This document shows, in pieces, positions 39,898 to 50,236 of a DNA stretch of 64,000 bases. Numbering within the stretch: position 1 is the first letter of the stretch; every line of letters begins with the position of its first letter. Both the position numbers and the translations under genes were made by a program. The DNA lies in the NCBI GenBank assembly GCA_044347345.1, contig JBIKUX010000002.1:64001-128000 (forward strand), read 5' to 3'. Below the pieces are notes generated by a model. That model saw nothing but the letters and a program-made list of their open reading frames with translations. It had not been told where the DNA came from and did not search any database. The stretch is from Bdellovibrionota bacterium (GTDB lineage: Bacteria; Bdellovibrionota_C; UBA2361; JBIKUX01).

Positions 39898-41574
39898 CTA
39901 CACGTGCTTAAATTTTAATCTACGTGGCTGTACCGCATCAGCACCTAATCGCTTCTTTTTATCATCCTCATAATCAGAGTAATTACCTGACACCAAAATT
40001 GCTCGGCTATCTCCCTCAAAAGCAATAATGTGGGTCGCAATACGGTCTAGAAACCACCTGTCGTGACTAATAACTAAAACACATCCGGAAAAATTCAAAA
40101 GTGCATCCTCTAAAGCTCTTAAGGTATTAACGTCAAGATCATTAGTTGGTTCATCGAGAAGAAGAACGTTACCACCTTCTTTAAGAAGCTTAGCTAAATG
40201 AACTCGGTTACGCTCACCGCCTGATAAGACACCCACCTGCTTCTGCTGATCACTGCCAGAAAAATTAAATCGAGCGCAATAAGCCCGAGAAGAAACATCC
40301 TTACCTCCCAAAGAAATAGTATCTAAATCACCACCAGCTATTTCCTGCCAAACACTTGCCGACGGATTAAGAGAGGCTCTGCTTTGGTCAACGTAAGCTA
40401 ATTTCACCGACTCTCCAATAGTTACTGACCCAGAATCTGGATGTTCTTGACCAGTGATCATTCGGAAAAGAGTTGTCTTACCGGCACCATTACCACCTAC
40501 AATTCCAACAATAGCTCCACGCGGAATAGCACACGAAAAATTTTCTAAAAGTAGCTTGTCACCGTAACTCTTAGCTATGCCTTCCAACTTAATAACCGTT
40601 TCACCAAGTCTTGGACCTGGAGGAATAAAAATCTCCATATCTTCAATCTTATCTGGAGCATTCTCAGCAACAAGTTGTTCATAGGCAGCGATACGCGCTT
40701 TACTTTTCGCTTGGCGTGCCTTAGGCGACATTCGAATCCATTCAAGCTCTCGCTCCAAAGTTTTCTGGCGCTTAGAAGCTTGTTTTTCTTCCTGCTCAAG
40801 ACGCTTTTCCTTCTGTTCTAACCAACTTGAATAGTTACCCTTCCAAGGGATACCGTGACCACGATCCAGTTCAAGGATCCACTGAGCCGTATTGTCTAAA
40901 AAGTACCGATCATGAGTTACAGCTATAACTGTACCTGGATAATCATTAAGGTATCTCTCAAGCCAATGAACAGATTCAGCATCAAGATGATTTGTAGGCT
41001 CATCCAGTAGAAGAACATCAGGTTTTTGTAAAAGCAGACGACACAAAGCTACTCGACGCTTTTCACCACCAGACAACACCCCCACTTTTGCATCACTCGC
41101 AGGTAATCGAAGAGCATCCATCGCCAGCTCAAGCATTCGGTCAAGTTCCCACCCATTGGCTGCTTCTATCTTATCCTGTATGGCGGCCTGTTCATCTAGC
41201 AATTTCTCCATTTTTTCAGGAGATAAATCTGCCTCAGCTAGAGATATGCTAACTTCCTCGAATCTACGTAATAATGAAACTAACTCCTGAACCCCTTCTT
41301 CAACAATCTCTTTAACAGTCTTGTCTGGATTTAAGTTAGGCTCTTGTTCAAACATGCCAAAACTTACCCCAGGAGTACGATTAACCTCTCCATGAAACTC
41401 GTGCTCAGTGCCAGCAATAATTCTAAGTAGAGTAGATTTACCAGCACCGTTTAACCCGAGAACACCAATTTTAGCACCATAAAAAAACGATAGACTAATG
41501 TCTCTAAGCACTTGTTTCTGAGGCGGATAAACCTTAGAAACCTTACTCATAGAAAAAGCAAACTCAGGAGCCAT
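39898..41574 (-). CDS. ettA: Energy-dependent translational throttle ABC-F protein
   Basis: LSFFYGAKIGVLGLNGAGKS, LELDRGHGIPWKGNYSSWLEQK, ELEWIR, two ABC domains. Confidence 0.97.
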   Translation of the reverse strand: MAPEFAFSMSKVSKVYPPQKQVLRDISLSFFYGAKIGVLGLNGAGKSTLLRIIAGTEHEFHGEVNRTPGVSFGMFEQEPNLNPDKTVKEIVEEGVQELVSLLRRFEEVSISLAEADLSPEKMEKLLDEQAAIQDKIEAANGWELDRMLELAMDALRLPASDAKVGVLSGGEKRRVALCRLLLQKPDVLLLDEPTNHLDAESVHWLERYLNDYPGTVIAVTHDRYFLDNTAQWILELDRGHGIPWKGNYSSWLEQKEKRLEQEEKQASKRQKTLERELEWIRMSPKARQAKSKARIAAYEQLVAENAPDKIEDMEIFIPPGPRLGETVIKLEGIAKSYGDKLLLENFSCAIPRGAIVGIVGGNGAGKTTLFRMITGQEHPDSGSVTIGESVKLAYVDQSRASLNPSASVWQEIAGGDLDTISLGGKDVSSRAYCARFNFSGSDQQKQVGVLSGGERNRVHLAKLLKEGGNVLLLDEPTNDLDVNTLRALEDALLNFSGCVLVISHDRWFLDRIATHIIAFEGDSRAILVSGNYSDYEDDKKKRLGADAVQPRRLKFKHV

Positions 41575-41709
41575 AAAATAAAACTCTAAAAAATTACAAA
41601 AATATATCTTTAAGCAGGGTAAAGTTATAGCTGAATATGGTGTTCACCATCAAATTAAACCATACCGGTTTAAAAAAAGCGTAATCTAATTTCTCGCCCT
41701 TCTATCTTT

Positions 41710-41739
41710 CTTTTACCCGTTATCCTTTTACCCGTTATC
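41710..41739. repeat. Tandem duplication CTTTTACCCGTTATC x2
   Basis: Two exact contiguous 15-bp copies. Confidence 0.9.
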
Positions 41740-41811
41740 ACGGAGACCAACAAGGCTACCCCTCAGGCACTATCTGCTAGTAATTAAGTTAACTAAATGT
41801 ATCCTCGGTAG

Positions 41812-43252
41812 CTAATAACCAATAACCACCAAGTCACATCCGCGTTCTGGGCCAGGAACTGTTACTGTACATCCTTGCTCAAGCTGTTCATCAACGGAGC
41901 CTACTACGTTACCGTTATTACCACTAAGACTATAATTTAGCTTATAATCATCAGCCACCCAAGCCACTTTATCCTTAACCTTAACCTTCATACAATTACT
42001 AAGGTCTGCCCTAACCTGGTCACCAGAATGACCACCATCTACAAAAGCAAAATAACTTTCGAATATTTTTTCCCCCTCTTTAGACTGAGACTCTTTCGAA
42101 AAAAACGCATCAGTAGATGCCGGATGAATATTAATTACCACCCCCAAGCTACGCAGTTCGTTTACTATTTCTGGATGCTCCTTCAAGAAAATGAGTAGAC
42201 CACAGCCAGTATAGTGTGGAGCCTTAGTCTGAAAGGACTTATTGATGCCATCAAGTTCAACTTGACGATCATTTTCCCCGTATTCTTTTACCCAAATTAG
42301 AGGGTTGTCATTCCCATCTGTGTTACCACCATTTATGACATTCGCATCCTCATTCACCTCATCTGGATTAAATGCACAATCTACTAGATTGAGTTCTAAT
42401 CCTTTAATATTAAGTTTAATGGCCTGAAGAAGCAGAATTACCGCTGTTACCCCATCCCTTACGCCAAGTATGTCAGTTCTTCTTTGCAAATCTGGCTCGT
42501 TAGCACCCTCTCTACTATCACTTTGACTATGAATGTACTCATGCATGGCCAGAAGGGGAAGGACGTTAGATCCATTTAATTGCCCCCAATTTGGGTCAAA
42601 GCGAGAACCTGTTTTTTCCCACTGTTTTTGAGCAGCCGTGTAGGGAGCTCTAAATCCCTTTAAAAACTCTGTAAGGGGCAAACCATCCATTGTAAAAATG
42701 GTTGGGTTATACAGATTAAGCCATCTACCTAAATCAGGGCGGTCAGCTTTACCGACAATTTTTTGATTACCAACACCGTCTGCGGTAATGGGCGGCTCTT
42801 TAGGAAGCAGAGAATTAAGCTCATTTTCTAAAAGACCCTTCACCTTACCGACTACCTGCAATTTTCCTGGATAAGAAAACCTCGACAAAGAATCTTGCAA
42901 GGCAACGCCGGTAAAATTCACCTTGGATGAAAGTTCTGTTACCAGAGCTTCGATAACATCATCACGAAAATCCCTTTTTTAATCTATTAAGAAATTTTTC
43001 CCCATCGTACAGCAAACACGCACCAAGAGTCTTATACTGCTCAGCGGTTAGGTTGGGTCGTAATTTGCAGGTGACTTGATCAAAACCAACTCCAATTGCC
43101 CTCTTGATTTGAGTATAAGTAAGAGTAAGGCTGTCAATACTTTGCTTGGTGTTATTCAAAATTTCCTCAACGCGATAATCACTTACAAACCGCGCAGTAA
43201 GAGTTGCAAAAATATCGCTAGCTATATCTTTGCATGTATTGAATACACTCAT
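41812..43252 (-). pseudogene. Probable single ~479-aa orphan HExxH protein interrupted by a frameshift (track ORFs 42962-43252 and 41812-42921)
   Basis: Removing one A from the A6 tract (plus-strand T 42975-42980) joins ...FLNRLK-RDFRDDVIEALVTELSSKVNF...; HEYIH in the downstream part. Confidence 0.6.
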
Positions 43253-43498
43253 CGTTTTACCCTTTTTGTTTATCTTACTAAGCCTCCTCTCGTAACGAGC
43301 AATTAAATTACTGAGAAGTATTAAACTGGCGTTATACCATTGACCAATGGGTAAATCTAGAAGCTACCATGACTAACTAATTCTAGTGATAACTCCCTTT
43401 AACTTATTAGAATTACTGAAAACATTTGTCTAAGAAAATGTAACTAGTAGATTCTACAATTTTACTATCGATTCAGTGAGTAGCATAGTTTATGTAAA

Positions 43499-43883
43499 CT
43501 AGATAACTCTACAAACAAGAGCTAGAGATTTATAGGCCTGTTCCGCACTAAAACGCTCATGCAAAACACCAACATCAGGAAGAGCATCTGGGTCGCGATC
43601 CCCAACGTACTTACGTACTCATACTCCCGCTAGGCTATCCAAAAGATGTGACATAGTCACCGTATCACGTCAAAGAGTGCTCCTCCCGCTCTCAAAGACA
43701 TTCCCAGGTTTATCCAAGTATTTGTCCAATAATTATTATCCAAGGCCGTTTAATCAGTAGAGAAACAATCTCGCAAATGAACATAGGTTTTGGTCTGAGT
43801 AGAAACTCTCTCGCGAGGAACTTAATAATTCCCTGTCCATATATATACTCAAGTTTTTCCACTTCAGATCTCAATTTTTCTTG
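43499..43883 (-). pseudogene. Possible decayed gene remnant
   Basis: Protein-like frames QEKLRSEVEKLEYIYGQGIIKFLARE and KYLDKPGNVFESGRSTL*RDTVTMSHLLDSLAGV*VRKYVGDRDPDALPDVGVLHERF. Confidence 0.35.
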
Positions 43884-43989
43884 TTACTTTGCCCGTAAAA
43901 TACCCAAGAGCTATCTTAATGTAAGTAACTAATTTGCTAAGAATCTCTTTAAAAGCGCTTTTTTAGCGGTATTAACAAAAACAAATTAG

Positions 43990-44014
43990 AAAAAAGGCCC
44001 TTAGTATTAAGGGC
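43990..44014 (-). terminator. Intrinsic terminator downstream of the M12 peptidase gene
   Basis: Minus strand GCCCTTA-ATAC-TAAGGGC-C-TTTTTT. Confidence 0.7.
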
Positions 44015-44110
44015 TACACTTTTTTATTCGGACACAGAAGAGACCTTGTTTATCTTACTCAGCAATATTAATGGAGCAAGATAACTAAGTGGTGTAAAGA
44101 AACTCTATAG

Positions 44111-45769
44111 CTAACTGATAAGAAGGTTATTTACAAAATTATTCCACCACACTCTAGGCGAATCAATTTTTTTTGCTATAACTTTTGCTGGATTAATAAA
44201 AACTTCTTCAGGAGATACAGAAGATTGAAAATTAGTACACTCAAAAGATGCACTAATGTACCGCCCTGTGTTCCGCTTCGAAGATGAAGCGATAATCCTA
44301 CTTTGTGGTTTAACGCTCAAAATATTAATTTTTTTTATCGGCACAAACCGATAAAGCACTTTACCAGTGCTTGTACGACCAGGGAAATTTGATGTTCTTA
44401 GTACAATCTCACAACTAGGACTAAGAGAGTCTATAGCTATTCTGCCTCGAAACCCGGCTCGAGGTGATAAACGTCCCGTAAAAGAAATTGCGGGCGCTAA
44501 AGGAAGCCTATCATCTTTATCATCTAATGATACGCTCGCAAAACACGAAGCCTTAGAAAAAAACTGCATTACCGCACTTTTTGTACAACTACTAAAACGT
44601 GTCGGTGGTACTCGCCTAAGTATTTTGCTCATTATACTACTAGAGTCGCAACCAACATCTTCATCATGTTGCGCCGAAAGAAGGTGTGCTAACTCATGCG
44701 CTAAAATAACTGGAGTAATAGCCGAATTAATGTCTTGCACTATACCGTAATTTAATTTTGAGTTACATGCTCCTCCAACCCATGCAAGACCAACCGTACC
44801 TCCATCAAAATCTTTTCCTGATAAAAGTATATGTACGTCAGCAGTGCCAAGATCACGAGAGGTAAAACGATCATGTAAATCTTCAGCACTAGTCATAGTA
44901 GGGGGATATATTTCAGAATCTACAGTAATCCTCTGTCTATTTGTTACTGTAATAGATTGCAACTCAGATTGATAAATTACATCAATAGCATTAACATAAC
45001 TTATGCTTGTAGCTTGTGCTATATTAGCATATTTATTAGCAAACTCTGCGTCAGTATCTGTTGATATTTCGATTTCTTTAAAGGAATGTTCACTTGAATT
45101 TAAGGTAGCTAATGCACTTTTTGAATATTCATCTTTTGGTTGTTTAGATTTTGAAGACTGATAATTATCATCAACAAAATAACTTTTTGCTAGTTTATTC
45201 GAAACTAGAGTTCCGTGAACAGGACATCTTAAATGAGAAAGTGCCGTAGCAGGCACTCTCAACAACTGGGCAGCTCGGTTATTTTCAAGTTTTAATGAAT
45301 AAAATATGGGCATCCCATGACGAGTCGGCAAAGAGAACCAACCTCTGGTTGGACCGTTATTTTTACCGAGTACAATTGTAAGCGAAAAAGGCGCCTTATC
45401 TCCTCTGCGAGACCAAATATCTCCGCCAAATCTAAGTATTTTACCCTTTGGTAACTGATTACTCCCCAAGAAATTAACTCTACCATGCAGACCTACAGCA
45501 CCAATAAGTCCTAACGAAAATCGACCAGAGGTAGATAAGGACAATTTACGGCTTTCAAAAAACTCATAATTTTCAGAGATTTTTGTCACCAAAAGTGAAA
45601 GAGAATCAGTTACCGCCCGATAAGGAGACCTCTTTGATAGGTTAATCTTTTTAGTAGCGGGAAGACCAAAAGCTGGTAACTCAATAAAAATCACTAAAGA
45701 TGCAATGAGCGTTTTGGCAAGACAAGCTAATACTCTCTTAAAGAAAATTAAATACCGGAAATTATTCAA
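44111..45769 (-). CDS. Secreted M12/reprolysin-like zinc metallopeptidase
   Basis: Signal peptide, TVGLAWVGGAC, HELAHLLSAQHD, Met-turn SIMS, FSSC. Confidence 0.9.
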   Translation of the reverse strand: MNNFRYLIFFKRVLACLAKTLIASLVIFIELPAFGLPATKKINLSKRSPYRAVTDSLSLLVTKISENYEFFESRKLSLSTSGRFSLGLIGAVGLHGRVNFLGSNQLPKGKILRFGGDIWSRRGDKAPFSLTIVLGKNNGPTRGWFSLPTRHGMPIFYSLKLENNRAAQLLRVPATALSHLRCPVHGTLVSNKLAKSYFVDDNYQSSKSKQPKDEYSKSALATLNSSEHSFKEIEISTDTDAEFANKYANIAQATSISYVNAIDVIYQSELQSITVTNRQRITVDSEIYPPTMTSAEDLHDRFTSRDLGTADVHILLSGKDFDGGTVGLAWVGGACNSKLNYGIVQDINSAITPVILAHELAHLLSAQHDEDVGCDSSSIMSKILRRVPPTRFSSCTKSAVMQFFSKASCFASVSLDDKDDRLPLAPAISFTGRLSPRAGFRGRIAIDSLSPSCEIVLRTSNFPGRTSTGKVLYRFVPIKKINILSVKPQSRIIASSSKRNTGRYISASFECTNFQSSVSPEEVFINPAKVIAKKIDSPRVWWNNFVNNLLIS

Positions 45770-45882
45770 GAATAATTCTCATAAAAATTCTCTAGCCAAA
45801 ATAAGAACCTAAGATATTCGTCAAAGAAAAAAAGCTTCTTTATAAATCAAGTTAGAAAAATTTAATAATCTTGAAAATACTC

Positions 45883-47319
45883 TTAATCATTACGATCACA
45901 CAAAGTTTTCCCTTGCTCCAAGTTAATTAAACACTGGTTCCCACCAATAAATTGGCCTTCTCCTTTGAGTAAAACCTGCGGAGTAGATGTCCCTAACTTA
46001 GCTTTTAGTACTTTACAATCTTCGCGATGAGTATAATGCGCTCTTAGTAAAACAGGGTCAGGATTAGCCATACTATCAAACGGAATATTTTGCCTACTAG
46101 ATGGGCCAATCAAATAAACCTTTACTGTTGTTGCTGGAGTAAGTGCCGTAAAAGTTACAGGTAAAACTACCTTAACTGATGGAAAATTTTTGCCGGGCAA
46201 TACTAAAAATCCTCCTCGTATATCATCAAATTTTGGACATTCAGGCCATTTCAGAGGAGAAGGTGTAATCCTAGAGGGATTATGCGACTCATCAATACGA
46301 TTAAGTACATTGATATTGATAGAATCAAATAATATACCCGCTGGTGCAAAAACTGAGGTAGATGCTCCTGTAAAAAGATTCTTAACCTGTATTAGGCCTT
46401 CATTAACATCACGTATTGCTACTTCTTCTCCCTCCTCATCGGCAAGATAATCACCAACCACTACTATACCTTTTGTAGATATCGGAGTTGTTCTGCGCCA
46501 TCTAACTCGACCCCAAGAGTTTGCACTAGAAGTAGCAGTTACAAATTGAGTGTTTTCTCCAGAAACCATCTGAAATACGAGGGAATCTCTACCAACAGTC
46601 CTTCTTTTTAATGGTTCAGGGACTTGAGTAAAATTTTGTGCCCATGACCTTCTTAGCGGAATTCTACTAACGGTCTTTGAATCAATAAATCTATATAAAA
46701 TGGAATTACCTCTAACTACCGCAATGGCATCTCTAGCACCTTTTTTAGTGTCATACTGCGGCGCAAAAAAGAAGGGTTTATCCTGTTCTTTACCAAAATA
46801 AATAGTTCGCAAAGATAACTCAGATGATGATATTCCCGGATTAACGATAATATCCCACTGTAATCTACCATTTTTACTAGATACGGAAATTGCATCTCCT
46901 ATATTGTTACCATCTAAATCTGCACCTGATACTACTGTTGATAGATTCTTACCCAAGGTAAAAGTTACATTTGGCTCATTATTAATCGACCGAATATTCC
47001 AATTTGCAATTCCATCATTAGCTACATGAATAAAGCCTGGTTCAGTAACTCCTGACATACGCCAGTTTCCCGGAGCAAGGTGATCCCCGATCTTGCCTAT
47101 ACTTCCTATCTCAATCGGAAGCTCCTCAATGGATGGCAATCCGTACCACCTAAGCACCCCAGAAGGAGAAACTTGAATATATTTAAGCCGTATTAGTGAT
47201 AAATGTTCAGTTTTTTTGTTTTCTTGTGCGTCTGTTTTAGTACCGGAGATGATTAAAAAACATACAGAGAATAATATTATGGCTTTTGTCCATCTAAGAA
47301 TGGTGCTAAATTTGCCCAT
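45883..47319 (-). CDS. Secreted protein with FG-GAP-like calcium-binding repeats and Cys-containing C-terminal domain
   Basis: GAGGGGAG RBS before ATG 47319; signal peptide; GADLDGNNIGDAI and VGDYLADEEGEEVAI. Confidence 0.65.
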   Translation of the reverse strand: MGKFSTILRWTKAIILFSVCFLIISGTKTDAQENKKTEHLSLIRLKYIQVSPSGVLRWYGLPSIEELPIEIGSIGKIGDHLAPGNWRMSGVTEPGFIHVANDGIANWNIRSINNEPNVTFTLGKNLSTVVSGADLDGNNIGDAISVSSKNGRLQWDIIVNPGISSSELSLRTIYFGKEQDKPFFFAPQYDTKKGARDAIAVVRGNSILYRFIDSKTVSRIPLRRSWAQNFTQVPEPLKRRTVGRDSLVFQMVSGENTQFVTATSSANSWGRVRWRRTTPISTKGIVVVGDYLADEEGEEVAIRDVNEGLIQVKNLFTGASTSVFAPAGILFDSININVLNRIDESHNPSRITPSPLKWPECPKFDDIRGGFLVLPGKNFPSVKVVLPVTFTALTPATTVKVYLIGPSSRQNIPFDSMANPDPVLLRAHYTHREDCKVLKAKLGTSTPQVLLKGEGQFIGGNQCLINLEQGKTLCDRND

Positions 47320-47362
47320 GACCTGCTCCCCTCGCATGTAAGCATGCTTATGCCAACAAAAT

Positions 47363-49081
47363 CTACAACTCTTGTGCTGCAATTATGTTAGCTTGAATAG
47401 TAGTATTACCTTGAAATGAATTCTTATCCGGCTTAAAAGCGATATCAATCTTTTTTCCTTTTCTTAAAGCCGGATGATCCTTGGTTCGCCAACACACACC
47501 CGAAAGCGCCCCAGAATCATCTCTAACCACAACTTTAGTATGACCTCCCTTTAATTCTGTAACATCTGTAACAACAACATCTCGAGCTACTAATACTGGT
47601 GATTTATTACCTACGCCAAAAGGTCCAAGCTTCGGCAGTTCCTCAACTAAAGACATAGTAATCTCAACACACTTTACTTGCGTATCTGCCACTACACTTG
47701 GAATAAAAACTTCAAAATTCTCAGCCTGACGGATACATTCTAAATTAAATTCACTCTGAAATTTATCAATATTTTTTGCCTCTATAGCAAATCCACCTGC
47801 TCCTTCATGACCACCATATTTAATAAGAAGAGGCTCTAATTTCTCTAATAATGAAACTACACTTATACCTGGAATACTTCGTACCGACCCCTTAAATACC
47901 CCCTCACCGTCTGCACCAAGAACCGCAGCCGGTCGATAGTACTCCTCAGTTAGACGTTGAGCTACAATTCCAATAACACCAGTATGATAATCAGCACCCC
48001 AAACAACTATACCCCATGGCAATATGTTGCCTGACTTAATGAATTTATCAGCGCACTCCTTAACTCTTTTCTCAACTTTTTGCCTCTCATCATTTAAGTC
48101 ATGTAATTGCTTAGCAATACGGCGAGCAGTTATAGCACAATTAGTTGTTAGTAATTCAATAACAACACTTCCATTTATCAAACGACCGGCTGCATTAATT
48201 CGCGGTCCAAAGCCAAATCCAATATCATGGCAACGAACCTCTTTGGTAATACCCAGTACTTCCTTTAAAGCTATAAGTCCCGGCCTTTTAGTATGAGTCA
48301 GTAATTCAAGTCCTCTCTTTGCGATTACTCTATTAACCCCAACAAGCGGAACCATATCGCATACCGTGCCAAGACAAGCGAGGTCTAAGAAATCACGCGC
48401 TTTTACCTCTAATGCTTGTGTTAGCTGTTTTCTCAAACCTATTATTAAATACCAACACAATCCAGCAGCAGAGAGCGTTCCTTCAGCAAAACCGCACTCC
48501 TTTTGATGAGGGTTAATAAAAATATCAGCATCACATTCCTCCATTCCCATGTGATGATGGTCGATTACAATCGAACAAAGACCTTTCGAGCGAGCATAAT
48601 CCAACTCTATTTTATTTTTAGTACCAAAATCTACTGTAATAATAAGCGATGCGTTGTTGGACACGGCATCATCAATGATTCGCTTATTTAATCCATATCC
48701 ATCAGTAAATCTGTCTGGCACAAAAGATATAATTTTTGCTCCAACAGAGGAAAGAAAAGCGCAAAGCTGCGCCCCTCCAGAAAGACCGTCAACATCAAAA
48801 TCATTAGTGATAGCGATTATTTCCTCACGCTCTATCGCCTGAGCAATCCTTTTACACGCCTCATCTAAGTTTTTCAAAGATTGAGGCGGTAAAAGACCGT
48901 CTTGAAGTGATGGTGAAAGAAATTGAGATAATCGCTCACTAACGATAAAACCACGAGCTGATAATACTCTCGATGTTACCAAGCTAAGTCCGGATGCTCC
49001 GGCAATTTTTAACGATTCTTTAATCTCTTGGGGTCTTAGAGAGATTTTCGCATAAGAACGCTTTAGAGACGTACCCTTCAA
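47363..49081 (-). CDS. recJ: ssDNA-specific exonuclease RecJ
   Basis: DFDVDG, PDRFTDGYG, IDHH, GPRINAAGRL, GSVRS, GGHEGAGG, PFGVGN; TTG 49081 preferred because track start 49159 overlaps the upstream gene. Confidence 0.95.
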   Translation of the reverse strand: MKGTSLKRSYAKISLRPQEIKESLKIAGASGLSLVTSRVLSARGFIVSERLSQFLSPSLQDGLLPPQSLKNLDEACKRIAQAIEREEIIAITNDFDVDGLSGGAQLCAFLSSVGAKIISFVPDRFTDGYGLNKRIIDDAVSNNASLIITVDFGTKNKIELDYARSKGLCSIVIDHHHMGMEECDADIFINPHQKECGFAEGTLSAAGLCWYLIIGLRKQLTQALEVKARDFLDLACLGTVCDMVPLVGVNRVIAKRGLELLTHTKRPGLIALKEVLGITKEVRCHDIGFGFGPRINAAGRLINGSVVIELLTTNCAITARRIAKQLHDLNDERQKVEKRVKECADKFIKSGNILPWGIVVWGADYHTGVIGIVAQRLTEEYYRPAAVLGADGEGVFKGSVRSIPGISVVSLLEKLEPLLIKYGGHEGAGGFAIEAKNIDKFQSEFNLECIRQAENFEVFIPSVVADTQVKCVEITMSLVEELPKLGPFGVGNKSPVLVARDVVVTDVTELKGGHTKVVVRDDSGALSGVCWRTKDHPALRKGKKIDIAFKPDKNSFQGNTTIQANIIAAQEL

Positions 49082-49091
49082 TACAGAATCA

Positions 49092-50156
49092 TTATTCGGG
49101 GATAAATTGAGTTGCCGCCGTAATTCTGGAGATAAATCCTGTAAGTAGCTTAATTGCATTGTCTAAATCTTTAATACTGCACAATTCTACTTGAGTATGC
49201 ATATACCTGTTGGGTATTTGCACCGCACCTGTGGCAACTCCTCCCCTCGTAATTTGCATCGCATTAGCATCATTACCTAGTGGTCTCGAGTCTGGATTAA
49301 TTTGCACCGGTATTCTACTACGTTTGGCTGAATCGAGAAGAAGCTTTTCCACTACTGGATTCGCGTTAGGGCCTCTAACAATTGATGGCCCAGCACCTAG
49401 CTTGCAAGAAGAAGCTTTAGTATCATCTGAGCCTGGATTGTCTGTTGCATGTACTACATCTATCGCAATACCAACTTCTGGATCAACTGCGTAGGAGGCT
49501 GTATGTGCTCCTCTTAGCCCAACCTCCTCCTGCACCGTACTTACCGCATACAACGCTACTGAAATCTTCTTTTGAGAACAAAGTCTAGCTACCTCAATTG
49601 CTACAAATAAACCTACCCGATTATCAATGCCAGCTCCAGCAATAATTCCGTTACGAAGCTCTGTAGCTCCTAAAGAAAAAGTTACAGGATCCCCAATTTG
49701 AATGATTTCCTCTACTTCAGCTTTTGACTTAGCTCCAATATCAAGCCACATTTTTTTTAATTCAAGGGTCATTTTTGATCTTTCTTCATTTGTCTGAAAA
49801 TGAATTGGCTTACGACCAAAAACTCCAGTGATAGGACCATTTTTTGTATGGACAGTTGCATGAGCTCCAGGAACTACACCTGCATCAATCCCACCTAAGG
49901 CACTTACCCATATATAACCTTCCTTATCAATGTAGCGAACCATAAAACCAATTTGGTCGCAATGACCTGCAAGCATCACGCGACGCTTAGCTCGTACATT
50001 AACTCCTACAATCACATTTCCATGCAGATCCGTTTTAACTTCGTCGGCAAAACCTTTTACATACTCTCTTACGACTCTCTGGATAGGTTGCTCAAAGCCA
50101 GTAGGTGATGGAGTTGACAAAAGAGAAAACAGAAAATCTTTAGCTTCTTTTTGCAT
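49092..50156 (-). CDS. M42-family aminopeptidase
   Basis: PSPTGFE, AGHCDQIG, IDNRVG, TVQEEVGLRGA, IDV, RYMHT. Confidence 0.93.
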   Translation of the reverse strand: MQKEAKDFLFSLLSTPSPTGFEQPIQRVVREYVKGFADEVKTDLHGNVIVGVNVRAKRRVMLAGHCDQIGFMVRYIDKEGYIWVSALGGIDAGVVPGAHATVHTKNGPITGVFGRKPIHFQTNEERSKMTLELKKMWLDIGAKSKAEVEEIIQIGDPVTFSLGATELRNGIIAGAGIDNRVGLFVAIEVARLCSQKKISVALYAVSTVQEEVGLRGAHTASYAVDPEVGIAIDVVHATDNPGSDDTKASSCKLGAGPSIVRGPNANPVVEKLLLDSAKRSRIPVQINPDSRPLGNDANAMQITRGGVATGAVQIPNRYMHTQVELCSIKDLDNAIKLLTGFISRITAATQFIPE

Positions 50157-50236
50157 AAAAATGTTACGTGAATAAAAAATGTTCTTAAACCTACTGCATA
50201 TAATATTACTGTCTCAAGTTAAGCTACATTAAAAAA

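Larger units (their letters stand above)
43266..44063. repeat. 18-bp direct repeat TTGTTTATCTTACT(A/C)AGC, 780 bp apart
   Basis: 43266-43283 and 44046-44063, 17/18 identical. Confidence 0.8.

Noticed and set aside
42935..42980. Programmed -1 frameshift at A_AAA_AAG joining the two ORFs
   Set aside because: The -1 frame stops after about 12 codons; only +1 reaches the downstream ORF
43499..43723. TGA recoding (selenocysteine or alternative genetic code)
   Set aside because: TGA terminates normal genes here (rlmE, hisC, moxR); no SECIS-like context recognised
47341..47355. Sigma54 promoter-like TGGCATAAGCATGCT (minus strand)
   Set aside because: GG-to-GC spacing is 9 nt rather than the required 10
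49082..49159. N-terminal extension of RecJ overlapping the M42 gene
   Set aside because: Longest-ORF artefact; TTG at 49081 follows the upstream stop
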